From: Mytilus edulis
Lineage: Eukaryota
Direction: 5' to 3'
Length of the DNA stretch: 64,000 bases
Assembly (NCBI RefSeq): GCF_963676685.1
Contig: NC_092352.1
Location: 56,358,001-56,422,000 of the forward strand
The notes under the pieces: model-generated
What the model saw: the letters and a program-made list of their open reading frames with translations, nothing else
The model's database searches: none
What the model was told of the DNA's origin: nothing
Shown here: positions 51,711-64,000 of the stretch, piece after piece
Layout: each line of letters starts with the position of its first letter
Position numbering within the stretch: position 1 is the first letter of the stretch
Program-made: the position numbers and the translations under genes

Positions 51711-53898
51711 CATATATATCATGTAGGCATTCAAGTAAGATTGGATACATTATTTGTTGAGGAAATCAAAAACAAAATACATACCACAATGCTGACTATG
51801 ACTTATCAAAAAATGTGATTATTCTGCAGTCAATGGCTCGGCTAATTTTGAATCAAAAAAATCAATAATTGAAGAATACACATACTAATTGACGCGTTTT
51901 CCTTAACCCAGGAACAATTCTTATCTAATTAAGAACCTATATGATGAAATCTTATTTTTCTCCTCACTTTTCTGTTTGATCTTTTTTTCTGTTATAATTT
52001 CACGCAGTAATATTGTCTTACAATAAAACGAAAAACCTGTATTCCAATGAAGGATACTAATGACATTCATTTTGTAGTAACTATGGTCTGTTTGAATGTA
52101 TAGACCTAAAAAAGCAAGAAAGTTATTTGCCCCCTTATATTCTACAATATATTCAATTTTGATTCTTCTCATCTATTGTTAGAAATTAACATGAAATACC
52201 TTTATTTCATTTCCCAATAGATGGCACTCTTCTAGTCATTTTGGTAAATGTCAAATCCCACACGCTCAAAATGAAAGTATATGTTATTTTTGACGATTTT
52301 TCTAATAATCGAATATGTAAACAACTTCCTGTAATTTTATATACGTATCACTTTCTCACATTGAATTTAATTTTACCAGAAAGTAATATATATTCCAGGA
52401 AAATATATATACTATACTAGTATTATTATTTAAAGACCAAAAATGTTATATTGCACAGTAAAACTCAGTTTAAGAGAAGTCCGAGTCCGATGTCAGAATA
52501 GGTAACATAAACAAATAAACAAAATGACAGTAATACATAAATTACAAAAGACTACTAGCAGTTATTGATACGCCATCTCCAAACCTCAATTAAACTGATT
52601 GAAAGATTATGTCTTGTTTTTAAAAAACATGAAAAATTTAATACAAAATTAAACTGTTGACACAGCAATATGTCACGCCTGTCGGCAAAGAATTCTTAAA
52701 AAGGAATTTATTTTCAGGACACCATCATAGCGAAAATTCAAAGTGGCTGGACCATAAACTAGGAGACAAGGCCTCGAAGTAGTCGTCCCATTAATTTGTA
52801 CAGATAGTAATGCAACTGTACAGTTAATATCATTGATCGGTCACCAGTAGTTCCTATTAAACAGACTTTAGGATTTACACCTCAACTAGAATTAAACTTT
52901 TTTCTTAACTTGATTTTTGCGTTTATATTACTGTTAAAAAGTAATTTATGAAAAATATATCAAATGGTGTAGTTTGTGAACTTTTTTCACCCTAGCTATT
53001 AGAAAGTACCCTATTTTTAATGATTTTTCTAATTTTTCATCAAGGTTGACCCATTTCTTGGCTATTCCTATGGCACAAATCACAGTTTTACAATTAAACT
53101 TTTTGTCATTCTTTCAGTTAAGTTAAAGCGGACCAATTGGAATAAATTCAACTTAATTTAAAAAAAATAGAGGTTGGTGTTTATAGCAGAAAGATTTATA
53201 AAATCATGCTGTCCATTTTGTAAATTTGGGACTATATATCTGGTCAGAAAAAACAGTATTACTTACCACTGCATCAACCCATGGCTCAGCTTGACGACTG
53301 AAGAAGTAACACTTATTTCCAAATTGTATCCATCCATTTTTACAGCCTTAAATAAAAGTACTCATGTATTCACATTGGACTAATCCCTTAATTTGTACAA
53401 ATTATGCATAGCACGACGGGTGATACATTTGGAAAGAATATGCGTACCGTTGTTTGGGACCTGAGATAACTCTCTGTTTTTGTACGTTTCGCGTAGATCA
53501 TTCTTTCGTTTTTCTATGAGGTGCACCTAAAACAGGTTTGTCTTTTAGTAGTTTTTTTTCGATTTTTTGTCATGCTGTTTATCATTGTTCACAAAGAATC
53601 TCTTTTATATTGTACGTTTGCCCATGTTTTTAGTCCACTGAAATAGATTAAAAGGGGGTTAATCTTTGCGTCACCACTCATTTTGCTTCACCACTCATGT
53701 TTGTGTGTGTCCATTGCCATGAACTGTGATGATGGGTATCTTATGTCATATCTTAATTTGGTTTTTCATTTGTTTTGTTTTTTTAAGAAAATTAGAATGC
53801 CGATCGTTGATGATTTCTTATTATTATTTTTTTTTATTTTATAGATTCAGAATGATTTATACATTTGTAGCTTGTCATATTGCATTGACACTTGTCTA

Positions 53899-54107
53899 CT
53901 GTGGATTCATTTATTTTCATGGGTAAAAACTTTCATGGATTGCGCAAAACTTGCTTGTTCGTGGATATGTAAGTTCGTGGTTTTGTGAAGGTCTGCATAC
54001 AATCTGATGGAAATATGTGTAATTCGTTGAATATTTGAATTTGTGTGTCACCTGTTACCACGAAAACCACGAAAATTGGTATCCAACAAATAATAATGAA
54101 TCCACAG
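53899..54107. mobile_element. ~210-bp MITE with TA TSD, same family as 18312-18519
   Basis: ta|ctgtggattcatt ... aatgaatccacag|ta. Confidence 0.8.
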
Positions 54108-54489
54108 TATTGTGTAAGACTATTTCCCTTTAGAAGTCTTGTGTTTGAATTTGGTATATGATTGCTTTTCACATATAACATATATAGACGAATACTTCAC
54201 ATTTGCTTTTATTCAAAGTATATTAACTGATGTGTATCTAACAACAACATAACCATTTCTTAACTTGTGGGTTTTTTTAGGGGGAGGGGGTGATCGTTTT
54301 CAGACAAATCTTGTGATGTTTTATGCCAACTTCACGAGCATTTTGTAAATACGAGTCTTTTCTAAAGAAAAAAATATTTAGAAAAGACACGTGGAATACT
54401 TTTTTCCACTTTCAGTTAAATCCAATGTGCCATTTTTTTTATACAATTTATATTCTATGGTAAAAAAAAGTCATTACCAATTTTCTTAA

Positions 54490-55014
54490 AGGGGCACTAG
54501 CTGTCAATTTCGTGTTTATCGATTTTATAGTTATCGATAGATAGCAGACTCGTTCATTTTGGATTTTTCCAGATCTGTTTAATTTCATATTATAGATGAA
54601 AATGTATATTAATCATCGTTTTTACTTGAATAAGCATGTTTTTGTGGAACGAATCAGTCAATCAAACGATTTAAATTTGTTTACTTTCAATCTTCACATT
54701 CAATCCTTTTTATAATTTAACACGCACAATGCATGCGGTATCCAACTCTAGCTAAAGAGTCACCATATAATACCACAATACTTGAACAATTTTAATCAAT
54801 GTTTCGTAGCTTATTTTGACAGAATTGAACCATACTGGCTGCTCAAAGCGATATATTATTTAATTTTTTCACTTACATAAAGTAGTTATCAAAGGTACCA
54901 GGATCATAATTTAGTACGACAGACGCGCGTTTCGTGTACATAAGACTCATCAGGATTGAACAAAAAAAAATCATTTTTTTTACATTTTTTATATATCTCG
55001 TAGCTAGTGCCCTT
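54490..55014. mobile_element. Non-autonomous DNA transposon with TTAA TSD (Kolobok-like) in intron 1 of lectin D
   Basis: ttaa|aggggcactagct ... agctagtgccctt|ttaa. Confidence 0.8.
54883..54953 (-). mobile_element. 5'-truncated hammerhead-repeat fragment nested in a TTAA MITE
   Basis: Reverse complement CTGATGAgtcttatgtacacGAAAcgcgcgTC; the 5' strand of stem I is missing. Confidence 0.7.
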
Positions 55015-58000
55015 TTAAACTTAATCGCACAGTAACTTACAACTTATAGACGAAACACCACGAAATCAATAACACGTACTTCCATCTGCATTAGAACTGA
55101 TAAGATACTATTAGAAAAGACGTGTAAGACGTCTTAAATATAGGTCTTCAGATTTGTGTTCATATTATCAACATGTCAAACTTCATCAATTGTACTATGA
55201 ATACAAATATGGATAATTTTTAGAATTGACGGTCATCCTTTATAAGTTACCATCATCCTTTACAAATTGCAGTCATCTTTTAACCGATTACGGTCACCCT
55301 TGTTATGAATCGCTGATCCTTACGGTCATTTCGATTATGATTTACGGTCATCTTAGCGATTTTTTCAAATCCAGTTTTCTATTTCATACACATTTCTCGG
55401 TAGTAATTTGTGATTTCCGTGTAAATCTTTTATAAAATTACATCGTACCAATGTATGCTTTGTAAAGAAAATGATATAGAAACCCTTTAACAGACAATAC
55501 AGATACTGACCTAATTTATCATCCGACATCTTGGGATGACCGTGAATGAAGTTAGGGTCACCAGCTTTACCCCAGTGACATTGTTCAGGGTTAAACTCAC
55601 AGAACCTCAATTTGCATTCGTTTTATGACTTATGACAAAGGACTTTTTTTTGGGAAACAATTGTGATTTATGAATATCATTTATAATATTTAAAAAATAT
55701 TTTGCACTATTTTGATTTGTTAAAACCAGTTTAAAATTATATGAGTACAATTTTGTTCAAAAATTGTTCAAATTCATGGAACTAATGATATACCCACTAT
55801 ATCTGATATGTGTACATTTAACGCGACCAAAAGCTCTACACACAAACATTTGGACGGACGGCGAATAAGTCAATTTTGTGCGCCTTTGTGACGTCATTTG
55901 CCAGATATAAGGAATCGTCTGTTTCTCTGGTCAACTTAACGTTCATCAAGCGTCTTTGTGTTAGTCATTATGCAGGATAAACTATAAATATATATAGCTG
56001 TATATCGGTGTGAGCCAATGATTCGTGTTGAAGACCGGATTTTGACCTATAATGGATTACATTTTTCAAATTGTGACATGGATGGAGAGATGTCTTATTT
56101 GCACTCATACCACATCATCTTATATCTATATGTGAGAATAAACGGCTTGAAATGGACAGGGCAGGAATCTCCTGCTATAAGGAATAAAACGCATGACTGA
56201 CATGAAGATGCACATTCTTATTTTACATTCATATAATAGACGAATATATAATAGGCCGTATATTTATATTACAAGAAACTGATGATTGTCGATGTTCAAA
56301 TATAATCAATCCATTTAAAATAAACAAAATCAACAGAAGAATAAAAAAAACCTGCGGTAAACGTTAAAAGTTTGTGTCGACAGAATGTGCTTCACCTGTG
56401 TTGCAATCATCATTTGTCATGGAAATTCTCTCATTCAAATAAAGACATAATATGGTGCATTAAAAGATCAAACGATTATTTCATTTGTGTACAAAAAGCA
56501 CTGTAAATTGAGATTAAGGCACATCAGTAATTAAACAATCATGTCAGTATTTTTCAAAACATTTATACTGATAAAGCAGACCAAGTGAATGTCCTTAAGG
56601 ATATCATGTTTATAGTATTAAAAACAGACTCCCTATGCAGACATGGCTTTAAACATTCATAGCATAAAATCATTTTTCTAACAAGTAAAGAATGCTTTCA
56701 TTTTATCAACAGAACCAAATAAAAGTCTGAATTTCTTAAACTAACAATATAAATGAACCTATCATTCGATATCAGACCTCATGTTGTTTATGCAGCTTGT
56801 CACTCGAGCTTGTCACGTGTGATTCTCAATTATGCATCGGAACTGTCACGATACAGAAAAAATGGTATTTAGTTACAACGGATTATTACTAAGGCTTGTA
56901 TTGAAATATCCGGGAAACAGATTGTTCATCTGAAATATAAGTTATAGTCGAGTTTCTCATGGACCCATTCCCATAGACTGGTAAACATTCGAGATTATAA
57001 AATTCGAGATTACCTTCCGATTTAGTCAGTAAATTCAAGTCTATACTTGCACTGTTTTCTATTTAAAGTGATTATAAACAAACAATAATGATTATTTTAA
57101 ATGTTATATTCACACTTTCCGAAATATAAACCTCTTTAAACATCCACATTCGCTAATTAATTATTTTTCTTCATCAGTAAAAGATGGCGGATATTTCCAT
57201 CTTGTCAAACTCATCAGATCACGTGACTCGGACGTTATCGAAGACACAAAAATAATTACGATTTGACTGGTCAGTACAGGAAGTGACCAATCTCTGTGTT
57301 ATAGTAGTCTCAGCCTAGTCCAAATAATTATGACGTCTGGCAAGGCTATTTTTTTTTATGGGACGCCTTCCATTATTTGGACTAGGGGTACCCGACATAA
57401 TTAGATATTACAAATGATGATTAAAAAGAATAATTCATTGACACTAACGGTAGCGTAAAAATGACAGATGTGGTGCTTCATAGAAGATGTCATCCCCTCA
57501 TCTTCGGCCGTTTGCACGCGTATATTTTTCAAAACTGGCTAGACACGTTTACAACTTGTCTGTAAAGGGTGAAATAAACACATAAATAAGATACCAGCTA
57601 TAACGATTAAACATAGGACAGAAAATGAGCCCGTGCAAGGTTTCAGGAAATTTCCAACATGAGGCATTTCATGATTTGCCTTATTTGCCTCAATGAAGTT
57701 ACGGCCCTGTTTCAGCCGCAATGACTTTCAACAGTAGCGAGTATTTTGAGACAACCCCCAAGTTTGTATTTTTCGTGATACTGTTAACATTTGGCTGCCT
57801 AACATAACGAATTCTATATTTTCTTATGTAATAAATCTACCTCCTTCGTTGTATATTCGCCACAATGTCTGTTATGCATGTAGATGGTCGTATTCATCAA
57901 TGTAGTATGCTGCTCAATGGCGACCTTGGTCCGATAATGGCGCCAAATTAGAGGGAAGCAACTCGCGCCAGACAAAATTCCCGTATTTCATCAAAATAAT

Positions 58001-60763
58001 CAAAATTTCGCTTTTTGATAACAAACAGTAATACGATAACCACGTTTATATTCAGCCATCATTTATTGATATAATTACAAACATTATTTTATTAAAGCCA
58101 TCAATAAAGAATTCACAATTAAGTAATTAATGGAGTGCATTGACATCAGACCTTATAGGGTAGAGGGGTTAAACAAAAGCTCGTTACTTGTTGTTTATGT
58201 TAGTAACAGATTTTAAAGGATCGTGAAAGGTATGGTGAGGTTGGCCAAACACCCTGACAGTTAAATACGTTCCGTAACAATCGGGTAAACTTAGGGTAGA
58301 GGGGATAAACGAAAGCTCGTTACTTTTCTTAAAAGCCTGGTGACCCCCATTTTATTTTACCTTCAAATGCTCGAAAAGTTCATAGCTTTGACATATCTGT
58401 TTTTAAAAAAAACTCTACGTGAAAAATTTTACGAAAAATCGATTAAACCAATATTTTTTGCCTACAACTGAAATTAGAAAATGCAAAATTTAGACATTAA
58501 TCTGAAATTAAAAGGATTTTTAAGTCAAAAACAACCAGGGGAAAGGTTTATATTTCAAATTCTAATGTTTTTTCACATAAAAATCATACTGACTTGGTTT
58601 TAAAAGTCTTTGAATTTGATGTAACCGTTATTGTTGAAAGGATGGACATGTTTGAAAATAGAGTCAAAATCGCACATTTCACTTCAATTTGAGGGGAAAA
58701 CAAGCCAGGTGACCCACATTTTTCTTTGCATTTTTGAATTCAGCATAAAAAAATCTACAAAATACGTGAAAATAAAAAAAATCTACCGGGGGTCATTATT
58801 GGAGTGAGCCACCTTAATATCGAATTGACACAGTGTCGAGTATAAAAAAGGTATGGAGAGGTTGGCCAAGCACCGAGACAGTTAAATGCGTTCCGTAACA
58901 ATCTGGGAAACTCAGCCGATTTCGTCTAGTCGGATTACAACTTCGATTTTGCATGTTGTGAACAGATTCTGCTGTATCTGACTAAAATCATAAAAATGTT
59001 CTGTGTTTTCTGGACGGTGTCCAATGAAAACTGCATGCATAATCGTGATGTTTTATTGATCATAACTGTTTGACGATACAGTCCAGATAACATTCAAATC
59101 TTGTCTTATGCGGACCATCTTTGCCGAAACCATTCTAGTCCCACTATTAATACGGAACTCTTCAAAATGTGCCACAAAATAAGAAAAATAGAAATATGGG
59201 GATTGAGTACCTAAAATTTGATTTTGTAAATAAGTTTACTTAATGTATTTATCTGCTTCAGATATCGATATCGAAAGTATCAACTCTATATCGATATTGA
59301 AGGTACCAACTCTATATCGATATTTTTATTTTTTATCTATTTGATTTTTGTTTTTAATCAGTTTACAGTATTATTTATTTTTAAATAAATATTGATTTAT
59401 TTGTCAATATCGGCAATACCGCAGACAAACAATCGATATCGACGGTTATGTTAATAAATGTTCATCCGCTAAGGTTATTCGACAATTTAGTTTTTCATGT
59501 TCATATATCTAATATATTGATATCGACGATATAACGATATTGATGTGATATTGACATGTTTGTGCCTCATGTCTAGTGTTTCTACTCATGTCTAGTGTTT
59601 CTACTTATTTCTATCAGTTCAGTTTATGTGTATTTATCAAATTGTGATATACATAATAAGGAGAAGTTGTATGATTTCCCAATTATATAAAGATATTAGA
59701 AGATGTAATATGAGTGCCAATAATACTACTCTTCATCCAAATCACATTTTGTAAAATTTATAGGTCAAAACACGGAGCTTTGGCTCACAACAAACAGCAA
59801 GATATAAAGGGCCCTAAAAATAACTCGTGTAAATTCATTCAAACAGGAAAATCATATAATAATGATTAAAGAAAAACACTTATGAACCTGACTTACATAG
59901 TAGTACAATGCAAACAAATGCAACAGGTTTAAATGTTTTAACAGACGCTACCTTACACTTACCTGAAATAATATTGAAACATCACAACATTGAAAGATAA
60001 ATTATACAATAGCAATCAAAATGCAAACTCAGGCAAATCTTAACAAAAACAAGTGAGCATACCTGTTTTGTCCCAAGTCAGGAGCCAGTTGTTCAGTGGT
60101 TGTCGTTTGTGGATGTGTTAGATATTTGCTTTTCGTTCATTTTTTGTACATAATTAGGCCATTAGTTTTTTCGTTTTAATTGTTTGACATTAGTCATTTC
60201 GGGGCCTTATATAGCTGGAGAAAATTATATCACCGAGTTTAATTAGCTTATGACTTTTAACACAGTCATAGAAATAATGTACATGGCGGTTTGTAATATG
60301 TAAGTGAGGGCCTAACCCTTTTCATAAATGTGAAGTATATATACAATAAAAAATCGGTTTGGAACGGCTTAACACTTCAGATTGGTAAAAAACCCAACAA
60401 CAAAAGTAACTAACGGACATTTGCCTTATATTTAGCAATGGCATTATTTGAAGCTCAAGAAGTGAGAAAAAAAATGTAGAATCTGCTTAAATTGTGGTTA
60501 TAGACTTCTGATGAACTATCGAAGTGCAAATAATACAACACTTATTTGATTACAGGAATTCCGTCTTATCATTAATTCATAAGGTTAAAAAAAATATTTA
60601 GCTCTTTTCATATTACACACTTTTCATTCAAGTGAGTAAAAATATTACTTAAAATTTGTAAATTTCAATTATGTTTTCATTTCCTATTTTCTAGAATTTG
60701 TTATCAAAATCATCAGAAATTTGAACATCTGCCACTTTTACATAAAATAGGTGAAATTACTAT

Positions 60764-61279
60764 GAGGGTGGTAAAGGGTTTTTTTTCGTGCAACGTGATC
60801 GCCGTTTTTTTATTTCACGTTCAACGTGTTTTTACTTTTTTATTTTTTATCAGTCGTGCAAGACGGGTGCCTCGTTCAACGTGTTCTGCTTATTTAATTT
60901 TACGTGCATCGTGATTTTCAAAGTCTTATTTTGCGTGCTCGGCATTTTTCAAATAAAATTCAAACACTTTTCAGGGATCGTCAAGAAATACTTTTGTAAC
61001 AGCCGTAAACCAATTATATCATAAATGACTTATTATGTGTATACTAAATCGGGAATATCAAGTAAAACAAAGAGTTAATATATACTAGAAGACTGAGTGA
61101 TTCAGTCACAAAAGGTTCACATAAGAGTATGTAATTTTCGTGCAACGTTCATTACAGAAATTTTTTATCGTGCAACGTTCAGTACAGAAATTATTTCACG
61201 TTCAACGTCAAATTATGTCTTATTTCACGTTTTTTTGTGTGCAAGCAACCACCCCCCCCCCCCCCTTTTTGCCACCCCC
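60764..61279. mobile_element. MITE-like element with cgtgcaacgt/cgttcaacgt subrepeats
   Basis: gagggtggtaaaggg ... ccctttttgccaccccc imperfect TIRs. Confidence 0.6.
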
Positions 61280-63783
61280 TACTATAGGATTGCACGGTCG
61301 TGTACGGTCTTATACAATCATTTATCTTGGGACATTTAATAATATTACATATCTAAATTGGAATCAAATTAGAAAAAACGGCCAAAGGCCACTAATGGGT
61401 CTTCCAAACAGAGAGAAAATCCCTCATCTGAAAGTATGAGTTGAAGTCAGTAAACAAGTAACTGGACCATAGACTTAGTAACTTTTAATTTATATTGTCA
61501 ACTCAATTAAAAACACAAATAAAGCAAATTATTAAATTTATACCAGACCAATTTTTGTTGCTGAATTCGCCTTAACCTGAACGTTATAACGTTTACTGAA
61601 AACCAAGATGACTAAGTAATACATTTTCAAAAAACTAGCAGAATCTACTTTTACTTCTTTCACTTATGTCTTACATATGTTTTAAAAGAGTGATTTTCAA
61701 TAAAAAAAAAAATAAAAAAAAAATGAAAACAATGTCACAAGAGAAAACAAGCTTCAAAACCACCAGTTCAATTATCCAATAAGAAACTAGAGCTTCTGGT
61801 CTACAGAAGAATGATCGTTGATGCTCGACCAAAAAAGATTGACATATATCAATTTCCAATTAAAAGGTCTTAATGCATAATCATGACTGGAATTCAAAAT
61901 TGGGGAAGAATATAAAGCACTTGTAAATTAACGAGATTATAAGTTACATAGTGTGCTACTATCAGATGGTAAATACGGGGTCAGTTAATTTCATATTGGT
62001 TGAGAGCGAAGCTCGAATCCCCATATGGAATTTACTGACCCCATATACACCGTATTACGTCGTCACTAGCATACTATGTAACGAATTTGTCTTAAGGATT
62101 ATGTTAACACGTGGTATATAGATAAGTGACCTATCAAAGCGAGCAAGTGTTCTATTCCGTTAGCATTAAGAAACAACTTCCATTTATCATAAAAATCAAA
62201 TGCTTACAACAACAAATTGATAGCTTTAAATGTGTTTTAAGAATGTATTTTAATCTTTCAGTATCAATTCTTTCGTCTGTTCAAACCTTGAGATCTATCT
62301 CAGTACCTTTTTGTTTGTATAAAAGGACTTAACACCACTACTAACTGTGTTTTGAAATAAACCCCGCCTTCTAACCTTATATGCACGATATTCCCTTAGC
62401 TGCTTTTAACCATTCATTTTCTTAGAAATGTATAGTAAGTAAGATAATTATCTATACTAGAAAATTCACATGATGATACTGAATATGTACAATAAATATA
62501 AAATTGTGTTTAAGTTTGGTTTGACAAAAGAAAACAAAACAGCATTAGCAAATGAAAAAAAAAGAAAATGAAACAAAAATATACTTACATTGTTTTGTCA
62601 ATCACACCGGAATGCGGCGGAAAACTAGTGTAGATTACTCATCTCTACTCATCGCTACTCTTTAAATCTTCATAAGTGAAAGGGATTAATGTATAACATT
62701 GTTTTCATATTCAATGGATTGATAGCTGTAAAAGAGATGACAACTAACTCACAATTTATAATAAAACTGCATTCAAGAAGCTCATATTCAGCGAATATTG
62801 TCTCAAAGTCTGTAGTTTCATTGTACACAAATTATGCTGTTTGACGTCGAAATAAAAAGTCTGAATTCGTTGAGTTTTTGAACCCAATACAAAGATGTTC
62901 GTCACTATCACTATTCATGATATTATAAAATCAATCCATCTAAAAAGGTTTTTCTATCTGTAACTTTTTTTTAACTTTAAATGCTATTCAATTTAGTTAT
63001 TACTTATCAATTAGCATATTCGTATATTTGCTACATTGTTTTATAATATATCTGTAATGCATAAATTTTATGTGATTAAAGTGCAAAGAAATGCGATGTC
63101 TATTTAACACGTGTCTGTTATTCCTCAGTTAAACAGATCTGTACTTGATATTACATTATAGACTCTTAAATTGGCCTATTTATAAGTTTTTGTGTATTTT
63201 AAAGACATAGAAGCTTTAGGACCATCCAAAATGATTAATAAACTTTGACTTGATCGCTTATTCAACATTTCAAATTGAAAGCAACTTAAAAACAAACAAT
63301 GACCAAGTATATTTTCACGTACCCAATATATCAAATGAAATCTGGCAGTGTAACCTAACTGACAACGATCAAATTTAATAGAAACATATTGTCACCCTTG
63401 AAATACGATGAATTATAATCATAAGTCTATATTTTTTATTTAAATGGTAAAAGATCCTACAAACTAACACATTTATCACATTCAAGTTGTTCTATCATAT
63501 GTAAACTGATGTAATAATGAACCTACGAATTATTGTTTCAGAATTAAAAATTATATGGACAAGATGTATCAGACATAACACATACGTAAAGACGATTCTT
63601 TCTGAAAAAAAATCTTGACAAAACATATGGCAAAAAGGACTATCAATTTTGCATACCCTTGCCAAACAACAGCTGTGGTATTGACATATGGAGGCACGCA
63701 ATCAAAGTAAACTATATATATTATATTACCTATCTATTTCTTTATCTGTTTTCAAATAGAATAACATTATTCCATCACTCAGT

Positions 63784-63850
63784 ATGTTCGTTTTTACAGT
63801 TTTTGCAGTAATTTGTTTAATGAAAATCTCAGGCGGCGTAGACATACCGG
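63784..63850 (+). CDS. First coding exon (signal peptide) of an unidentified secreted protein continuing beyond the window
   Basis: MFVFTVFAVICLMKISGGVDIP followed by a strong phase-1 donor CCGG|gtaagc; pyrimidine tract and AG just upstream. Confidence 0.6.
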
Positions 63851-64000
63851 GTAAGCATAATTATAGTAAAATGTACTGCGTTGTTAAACAATTTTTTAAT
63901 CAAATTGCTCACTATCTTGTGCGATTTTGCAGTGATCTCTATTTACGACAAAGAAATGATATGCAGTAACAAGCATGTAAAATAGGAGGTAGACATGGAA

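Larger units (their letters stand above)
50296..55085 (-). pseudogene. C-type lectin copy D, pseudogene; exons 55085-55041, 53346-53267, ~51860-51785 (remnant), 50516-50296
   Basis: Exon 1 is 13 nt shorter than in copy C, giving a frameshift and early TAA. Exon 3 has lost its acceptor and first codons and carries an in-frame TAA at 51821-51819. Exons 2 and 4 remain open. Confidence 0.85.

Noticed and set aside
51391-51750. 119-aa ORF with internal repeats
   Set aside because: Antisense translation of tandem retroelement 3'-end fragments
23755-55085. One multi-domain lectin spliced across all four CTLD copies
   Set aside because: Each copy has its own signal-peptide exon, and the putative donor after exon 4 is phase 2 whereas exon 2 acceptors are phase 1

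Overview
AT-rich, intron-containing animal genomic DNA. Gene content and repeat families point to a bivalve, most likely a mussel (Mytilus-like); this is an inference. The window holds: (1) the 3' part of a RADIL-like gene on the + strand (DIL and PDZ domains, 10 phase-consistent exons, 1688-20828). (2) A tandemly duplicated C1q-domain (C1qDC) locus nested antisense in its 9-kb intron, made of one complete two-exon gene and one orphan but intact C1q exon with a phase-compatible acceptor. (3) A minus-strand tandem array of four 4-exon perlucin-like C-type lectin genes; three are intact and one is a pseudogene with three lesions. (4) The signal-peptide exon of an unknown secreted protein at the right edge. 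Between the genes are Penelope-like RT fragments and their 3' ends, tRNA-derived SINEs, TTAA-flanked and other MITEs, foldback palindromes and a minisatellite. There are also at least seven copies of a short repeat carrying a minimal type I hammerhead ribozyme motif. Two of these have intact catalytic cores and form an inverted pair inside a lectin intron. All coordinates were read by eye; no searches were run.
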